From an uncultured virus (IMG/VR IMGVR_UViG_3300029267_002644) (lineage: Duplodnaviria; Heunggongvirae; Uroviricota; Caudoviricetes), in IMG/VR virus record IMGVR_UViG_3300029267_002644: a DNA stretch of 20,000 nucleotides. The stretch is one strand, 5' to 3'. This document shows, in pieces, positions 14,854 through 20,000 of the stretch. Under the pieces are notes generated by a model. The model had not been told where the DNA came from. It worked only from the letters and a program-made list of their open reading frames with translations, and did no database searches. How positions within the stretch are numbered: position 1 is the stretch's first letter; each line of letters opens with the position of its first letter. The translations under genes were made by a program, and so were the position numbers.

Positions 14854-15432
14854 ATGATTTTGCACGCACAGGAAATTGAAAAGTTGTTAGAGAAGAACAT
14901 GACGGCTAAGGGGTTTTCTTTTTGGAAAGCATTGAGTGAACGTTTACCAAACATCTGGGAAAGACCTACATCTTCAACTGGTAAGTATCATAAGAAGGCT
15001 GATGGAACAATTCCAGATCAGGCGGAGCATACATATCAAATGTTATATGCTGCTTCAAAAGTGTCAAGGATGTTTAACATTGCTCCAAAGACACCAAAGA
15101 TGGACATGTTGATGTTGGCAATTGCTCTCCACGATTCTCTAAAGTATGGAAAGGACGGAAAGAGACAACACACTGACTACAAACATGACCAGGCTGCTGG
15201 AAATCTTATTAAGGATAATAAAGAAACATTCCAAAAGCTATTAACAGAGTCTCAAGTTGGAATCTTGGAGGATGCAGTTAGATTCCATAGTGGGCAATGG
15301 AGCACGGACGTTAAGAGCAAAAAGAAGTTTAATTTTAACGATAGAGACCCAATAGCAATGTTTGTTCATACCTTGGATATGCTCAGCACTGCTGATGCTC
15401 TTAAAACCGACGTAGACGACATACCATTTTAA
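14854..15432 (+). CDS. HD-domain phosphohydrolase (phage type)
   Basis: SSTGKYH, EHT, ALHDSLKYG, KH, FHSGQW, VHTLDML motifs. Confidence 0.9.
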   Translation: MILHAQEIEKLLEKNMTAKGFSFWKALSERLPNIWERPTSSTGKYHKKADGTIPDQAEHTYQMLYAASKVSRMFNIAPKTPKMDMLMLAIALHDSLKYGKDGKRQHTDYKHDQAAGNLIKDNKETFQKLLTESQVGILEDAVRFHSGQWSTDVKSKKKFNFNDRDPIAMFVHTLDMLSTADALKTDVDDIPF

Positions 15433-15438
15433 GGATTC

Positions 15439-15475
15439 ATAGGAGGGAAGATTATTTAGTCTTCCCTCCTATTTT
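15439..15475 (+). terminator. Intrinsic terminator after the HD gene
   Basis: 13-bp stem ATAGGAGGGAAGA/TCTTCCCTCCTAT followed by TTT. Confidence 0.8.
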
Positions 15476-15522
15476 CCGTCGGTAATGTCAGTCAGTTTCT
15501 GTACTAAATCAAAAATCCTCAA

Positions 15523-15538
15523 GAACATATTATAAATA
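15523..15538 (+). promoter_or_regulatory. Motif A
   Basis: GAACATA-TT-ATAAATA heading the fibre module; contains TATAAATA. Confidence 0.7.
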
Positions 15539-15600
15539 CCAAACCTTTGTGTAGTACCAATCATCACAAACCAACACCACAATTAGGAGGATTTTGAATT

Positions 15601-16383
15601 ATGGGTTCTTTATCAGATTATGTAGAAAATGAAATTCTGGATCATGTATTGAAGACAGCAGACTGGGCGCAGCCAACTGCGATCTATGTCGGTCTTTCAA
15701 CTGCTGATCCTACAGACGACGCTACTGGTATTGCAGAACCTGCTGGAAACGGTTACGCCCGTGTACAACACGACAACTGGGACGCCGCTTCCGCAAGGGC
15801 AACTGAAAACACTGGTACAGTATCCTTCCCTGAAGCAACTGGCTCTTGGGGAACAATTACTCACTTCTTCCTGAGCGATCAATCCACAGGCGGCAACATG
15901 CTAGCTCACGGTGCTCTCTCAGCTTCTAAGACAATCGGCTCAGGCGATAACGCTTCCTTCCAAGACGGCGCTATTGACGTGTCCTTCAACACTGGCGGTA
16001 TCTCCACAGACTTCGCCAACAAGATTCTTGACCATATCTTCAAGAATACTGCTTATGACACGACAGCTGATATTTATGTGGCCCTTTCAAGAGCAAACCC
16101 AACTGACGATGCTTCAGGCGTAGACGAGCCATCAGGCAATAACTATGCTAGAGTACAACACAACACTTGGGATGTTTCTTCTGGCGGTGCAACAGAAAAT
16201 AACGGCGCGATCACATTCCCACAAGCATCTGCAGCATGGGGCACAGTAACTCACTTCTTCATGCAAGACGCTTCTTCAGGTGGAAACATGACCTTCTACG
16301 GAGCGCTCGACAACTCCAGAAACATTGGTCAGAACGATACGCCTTCATTTGCTGACGGTGCTCTCGACATTACTATGGACTAA
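15601..16383 (+). CDS. Virion fibre/structural protein made of two tandem ~128-aa beta domains
   Basis: Both halves share ILDH, IYVxLSxAxPTDDA, EPxGNxYARVQH, ATENxGxxxFPxA, WGTxTHFF, GGNM, GAL, SFxDGAxDxx, a pattern common in phage tail/fibre genes. Confidence 0.88.
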   Translation: MGSLSDYVENEILDHVLKTADWAQPTAIYVGLSTADPTDDATGIAEPAGNGYARVQHDNWDAASARATENTGTVSFPEATGSWGTITHFFLSDQSTGGNMLAHGALSASKTIGSGDNASFQDGAIDVSFNTGGISTDFANKILDHIFKNTAYDTTADIYVALSRANPTDDASGVDEPSGNNYARVQHNTWDVSSGGATENNGAITFPQASAAWGTVTHFFMQDASSGGNMTFYGALDNSRNIGQNDTPSFADGALDITMD

Positions 16384-16427
16384 TCCTTCGGGATTATCTG
16401 CAATAAAAGGGGGACTTCGGTCCCCCT
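16381..16427 (+). terminator. Two C(UUCG)G tetraloop hairpins (mRNA stabiliser or partial terminator)
   Basis: TAATCC-TTCG-GGATTA (16381-16396) and AGGGGGAC-TTCG-GTCCCCCT (16408-16427); no U tract on the plus strand. Confidence 0.7.
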
Positions 16428-16454
16428 CAAATTCACAAGTAAGAGGTAACTACC

Positions 16455-17234
16455 ATGGCTAATTATGTATATGGAGCTATAGCCCTTACTGGTGGTGGTT
16501 TCGGAGCACTCGACGGAATTGATGGAGCAGACCTGAATGATCAGGACGCTGCTATTGTTTTCACAGCTACTACATCTTATATGTACACACTGGATGAAAA
16601 CAGTGGCGCCTCAGAAAGCTCACCTGACGTAATTGCACCTGACGCCAACCCTGGTGACAAAAGATGGATCCTTCTCTATAAGAGAAGTGATGATATTGAT
16701 GTTGACACGACTGACTTCGATGGTATTTTAACTTCTGCTGAAGACAGTGTCCAGAAGGCGTTGGATGTTCTTGATGATGTATTTGCTGCAGAGGACTTTA
16801 CCATTACTAGTAAAGTCGCTTATCTCGATGACGATGTTCAAAAGACATATTCAACAGATTCTGGAACTGTAACACCATCTGCACACGTAACTACAGTGAA
16901 TGGTGCTGGAGGTATTACTGTTTCTGGTGCTGCTGATGTCATGACCATCACTCGAGATGACCTTGCTCTTGCAACGAAGGCAGCTGATTACCCAATGACA
17001 GCGGCTGACGATATTATCATTGGCGACTGCGCAGGTGGCAACGTGAAAATTACTCTACCAGCTGCAAATGCAAAAGACAGAGTAAGAATTATGAAGAAGT
17101 CGAATTCAAATACTTTAACAATTGAAAGAGCTGGTTCGGACACCATAGAAGGGAACGTAAACATCCAATTTACGGATGAATATCAGTCCGTCACTTTAGT
17201 TTCTGACGGAACAAATACATGGATAGAATTCTAA
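16455..17234 (+). CDS. Tail/fibre-associated structural protein
   Basis: LTGGGxGALDGID N-terminus, VIAPDxxxGxKRW, VQKALDVLD, C-terminal ITLPAA...TIEG...SVTLVSDGTNTW module typical of fibre proteins. Confidence 0.8.
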   Translation: MANYVYGAIALTGGGFGALDGIDGADLNDQDAAIVFTATTSYMYTLDENSGASESSPDVIAPDANPGDKRWILLYKRSDDIDVDTTDFDGILTSAEDSVQKALDVLDDVFAAEDFTITSKVAYLDDDVQKTYSTDSGTVTPSAHVTTVNGAGGITVSGAADVMTITRDDLALATKAADYPMTAADDIIIGDCAGGNVKITLPAANAKDRVRIMKKSNSNTLTIERAGSDTIEGNVNIQFTDEYQSVTLVSDGTNTWIEF

Positions 17235-17235
17235 A

Positions 17236-17550
17236 ATGAAACAAAACGCTTCTTTAATGATCCAAGTTGGATTATCTGGTGGCTCTGCCATCACATCAAG
17301 AAGCGAGTCTAACGTTGGAATTTTATTCTGTTTATGTGGCTCAGTTGAAGTCACAGTTGAAGTAAAGACTACTAAAAAAATAAAGATCGTTCATGTCGTA
17401 ATAGCTTCAGAAAAGTCAGATTACGAAGGGTTATCTCTCATTCATGTGTGCGTTGGAACGTCGATCCAACAACACGCTCCGCCTGCATATATGATTAGAG
17501 ATTCCCTTCCCGTCTGTCCTACCCATCGTACCTTTTCCCACATGTTTTAA
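17236..17550 (+). CDS. Hypothetical 104-aa beta-rich protein in the fibre module
   Basis: Starts 2 nt after the previous stop and fills the gap; no clear RBS; loosely resembles the downstream repeats. Confidence 0.5.
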   Translation: MKQNASLMIQVGLSGGSAITSRSESNVGILFCLCGSVEVTVEVKTTKKIKIVHVVIASEKSDYEGLSLIHVCVGTSIQQHAPPAYMIRDSLPVCPTHRTFSHMF

Positions 17551-17595
17551 AAAGGCGACTGGAGCATTTTACGTTGAACGTGGAGGGCTGTTAAA

Positions 17596-20000
17596 ATGGC
17601 TGATGTTGAATATAGGAATCGGGTTGATGTAAAATGGCATCGCGATTTCAAGAGCACCCTACTTGTTTCACAAGTTGGTGGTCAAGGAGTAGCAGGCGGT
17701 GCGATTCTTACACTTGGTGTCACAGAGGAACTTACAGCCACTTGTGCTGTGGTCGCTGATGCCCAAGCTGGTCAACTCGTCACAGGTATTGCTGAAGTTT
17801 TAGGTTCGACCGCTATTACTGCTTCAGTGGCAGAGGCGGACCTTACTCTTGGAATTGTAGAACCGCTATCATCGTCGATTTCGATAGCTAGTGTTACCTC
17901 AGGGTTCGTAACCCTTGGTATAGCGGTCGATTTATCTTCGACGTGTCAGGTACAGTCCGTTGTTGACGCTACCATCACGATGGGTGTGGTAGAGATTCTT
18001 GCATCATCGTCAAGTAACGCATCAGCCGTTGCATCACTCCTGACAATCGGCGCATCGGAATTGATGACAGCCCCTGCTGATGTCACAACCGAAGTTGATG
18101 GTCTTTTAGGGATTGGTATTGTTGAAGTTTTAGGTTCTACTTCTACAAATACATCAGTCCTGTCAGCAGTGTTGACTCTTGGTATTACGGAAGTACTAAC
18201 TGCTACTAGTACAATCAATACCGACATGACAGGAGAACTGACTCTTGGTGTAGATGTTGTTCTTTCTGCGACAGATAATGTAGTCTCAACAGCTGTTGGT
18301 CTCCTTGCACTAGGTATTGTTGAAATACTTGCATCCTCAAGTACAAACACCGCTGTTGTTGATGCTTCTCTTGACCTTGGTCAAGATGAACCATTATCAA
18401 ATTCAACTCTCATAAACTCTAATGTTGCAACTGCTACACTAGATTTGGGTATTACGGAAGTTCTTTCAAGCACATGTGCAGTAACATCCGAAGTCGACGC
18501 ACTACTTCTTGCAGGTGTTACTGAGATATTAACTGCAACTGCTGCTATTACCTCAGAGGCAGATGCAGAATTAACTATTGGTGAATTTGCTGTATTGTCT
18601 TCTACAATCAATATAGAATCATCAATCAGCGCATTCTTAATTCTTGGTATTACTGAAGTGCTTTCAAGCACTATCAATATAATTTCTACAATTCCTACTG
18701 CTACTCTGATAATTGGACATACAGAGTTGTTGGCAACAACTAATGTTATTCAGTCGTCGACATCGGCAGAGCTCTCATTTGGTCAGGCAGAACCAATAGC
18801 TCACACGCTTGAGTCAGGAACTGGTGGGCTTGATAGTTATACAAAACTACTCCTCCATGCTAATGGTGATGTTGGAAATACAGGGCATAATTTAACACAG
18901 TATGGGAACCCAAGACACATAGATACTGAAAAAGTGTTTGGCGACTCGTCTATGCAGTTAGATGGTAATGCTGACTACTGGCAAGCAGCGAATCACTCTG
19001 ACTGGAATTTAAGCAGTAGTAATTTCGTTCTAGAAACTAGAGTTAATTTCATATCTGCAGGAACTGGATCTGATCAGCAAATCATTGCGAAGTATGACGG
19101 TTCTGGTAACAACAGAAACTTTAGATGGTTCTGGTCAAATAACAACAATGTTTATTTTCAATGGACACCTGACGGAGCAACATCAAATTCAAAAACTTGG
19201 TCATTTACTCCAACATGGGGTCAATGGTACCATCTTGCTATTGTAAGAACTGGCAGTAATCTATATCTTTATATCGACGGTACTAGACATGGTACTACAC
19301 ATACAATATCAGGGTCCATTTATAACTCAAACATTCCGTTAAACATTGGTTGTCGTATTGATACTGGGTCTGCTGGTCAATATCTAAAAGCTTATATAGA
19401 TGAAACAAGAATTTCAGTTGGTACAGACAGAGGATGGAATAGTTCTTCATTTACATTACCTACTGAACAATACACATCAGATTCATATACAAAACTATTA
19501 GTACATTGGGATGGTGACGCATCAGAATATGATCATAACGTTAGATGGGTTAGTGGCGAAAATATGGTTATGTCCGCAAACCACGGCGCAGGAGCAAATT
19601 TTGAAGGGTCTTATTACTTCAATGGTTCTAGTAATCATCTTCCATTCACATCTAGTGATGATTGGAATTTAAGTAACAGTGATTTTGTTGTTGATTTCCA
19701 CATAGATTTCGACCAAACATTTTGTGGAAGATACCACAACGTTGGTGACCAGAGAGGATGGGCGTGCTATTACCATAGCTCTTCAAATATTCTAAGATTT
19801 GGCTGGTCAACAACAGGGTCTGACTGGAGTAATGTATCTTGGTCGTGGACACCAACACCAGGTCAGTTCTATCATGTAGCATTTGTGAGATCTGGAAATA
19901 CAATGTACTGTTACATTGATGGAGTGAGACAAGACGCTGGACAAACATTCACAGGCACAGTTTATAATAATTCTAGCGAATACATGTACGTCGGTGCACT
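17596..20000 (+). CDS. Large fibre/adhesin protein (>800 aa, 3'-truncated): ~17 x 22-aa repeats then tandem LamG/concanavalin-A-like domains; missing from the ORF track
   Basis: GGAGG RBS, ATG 17596, frame open to the window end (MADVEYRNRVDVKW...). LamG motifs DSYTKLLLH, WYHLAIVRTGSNLYLYIDG, YIDETRIS; second copy from 19480 with DSYTKLLVH and FYHVAFVRSGNTMYCYIDG. Confidence 0.92.
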   Translation, partial: MADVEYRNRVDVKWHRDFKSTLLVSQVGGQGVAGGAILTLGVTEELTATCAVVADAQAGQLVTGIAEVLGSTAITASVAEADLTLGIVEPLSSSISIASVTSGFVTLGIAVDLSSTCQVQSVVDATITMGVVEILASSSSNASAVASLLTIGASELMTAPADVTTEVDGLLGIGIVEVLGSTSTNTSVLSAVLTLGITEVLTATSTINTDMTGELTLGVDVVLSATDNVVSTAVGLLALGIVEILASSSTNTAVVDASLDLGQDEPLSNSTLINSNVATATLDLGITEVLSSTCAVTSEVDALLLAGVTEILTATAAITSEADAELTIGEFAVLSSTINIESSISAFLILGITEVLSSTINIISTIPTATLIIGHTELLATTNVIQSSTSAELSFGQAEPIAHTLESGTGGLDSYTKLLLHANGDVGNTGHNLTQYGNPRHIDTEKVFGDSSMQLDGNADYWQAANHSDWNLSSSNFVLETRVNFISAGTGSDQQIIAKYDGSGNNRNFRWFWSNNNNVYFQWTPDGATSNSKTWSFTPTWGQWYHLAIVRTGSNLYLYIDGTRHGTTHTISGSIYNSNIPLNIGCRIDTGSAGQYLKAYIDETRISVGTDRGWNSSSFTLPTEQYTSDSYTKLLVHWDGDASEYDHNVRWVSGENMVMSANHGAGANFEGSYYFNGSSNHLPFTSSDDWNLSNSDFVVDFHIDFDQTFCGRYHNVGDQRGWACYYHSSSNILRFGWSTTGSDWSNVSWSWTPTPGQFYHVAFVRSGNTMYCYIDGVRQDAGQTFTGTVYNNSSEYMYVGA
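17707..18810 (+). repeat. Degenerate 66-69 bp (22-23 aa) tandem coding repeats, about 17 units
   Basis: Consensus L-T-L-G-I-x-E-x-L-S-S-T-x4-S-x3-A-x, e.g. LTLGITEVLTATSTINTDMTGE, LDLGITEVLSSTCAVTSEVDAL, LILGITEVLSSTINIISTIPTAT. Confidence 0.88.

Noticed and set aside
15531..15538. Classifying the phage as T4-like from TATAAATA
   Set aside because: Only one of five motif A copies has the exact octamer; the conserved part is GAACA...ATAAA, and no T4 core gene is in the window.
17946..19948. Minus-strand ORFs 17946..18350, 18215..18406, 18381..18677, 19652..19948
   Set aside because: Antisense shadows of the open-ended 17596..>20000 gene; their periodicity mirrors its repeats.
1..20000. Genome-wide stop-codon reassignment (TAG or TGA), as in some large phages
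   Set aside because: Genes end cleanly at TAG (708, 2729, 5357, 5583, 7279) and TGA (4699) with the next RBS or start adjacent; conserved enzymes are intact under code 11.
1..20000. CRISPR array, tRNA/rRNA, IS element, integrase, DGR template/variable repeat
   Set aside because: No regularly spaced identical repeats, cloverleaf, transposase or reverse-transcriptase motifs were seen; the two LamG copies differ at all base types, not only adenines.

Overview
AT-rich, densely coding window that reads as part of a large (probably jumbo) lytic bacteriophage genome: strong Shine-Dalgarno sites, standard code 11, mostly short hypothetical genes, no host housekeeping genes. Plus-strand blocks carry probable virion and late genes: Cys-paired helical paralogs with E|G-type maturation motifs, two holin-like proteins, an envelope-anchored coiled-coil/beta protein, a metacaspase, HIT-, LpxH-like, DHH and HD hydrolases, and a fibre module ending in an open-ended >800 aa protein with ~17 22-aa repeats plus tandem LamG domains (absent from the ORF track). 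Minus-strand blocks carry small early-type genes (stand-alone receiver domain, SPFH-like and other membrane proteins, YkgJ-like, DUF2314-like). Two non-sigma70 promoter-like motifs partition by strand: TGTCCGTAAA-N11-TAWATATATTA before minus-strand units and GAACAWA-N1-2-ATAAA before plus-strand units, often back to back. This is reminiscent of phiKZ/AR9-type phages with their own RNA polymerases. The most unusual local signal is at 8217-8310 (minus): a strong RBS and 5-codon ORF stop at the foot of a hairpin, and skipping the hairpin restores an in-frame, internally repeated protein, which makes it a candidate translational-bypass or insertion element. All functional calls come from motif recognition by eye; no searches were run.
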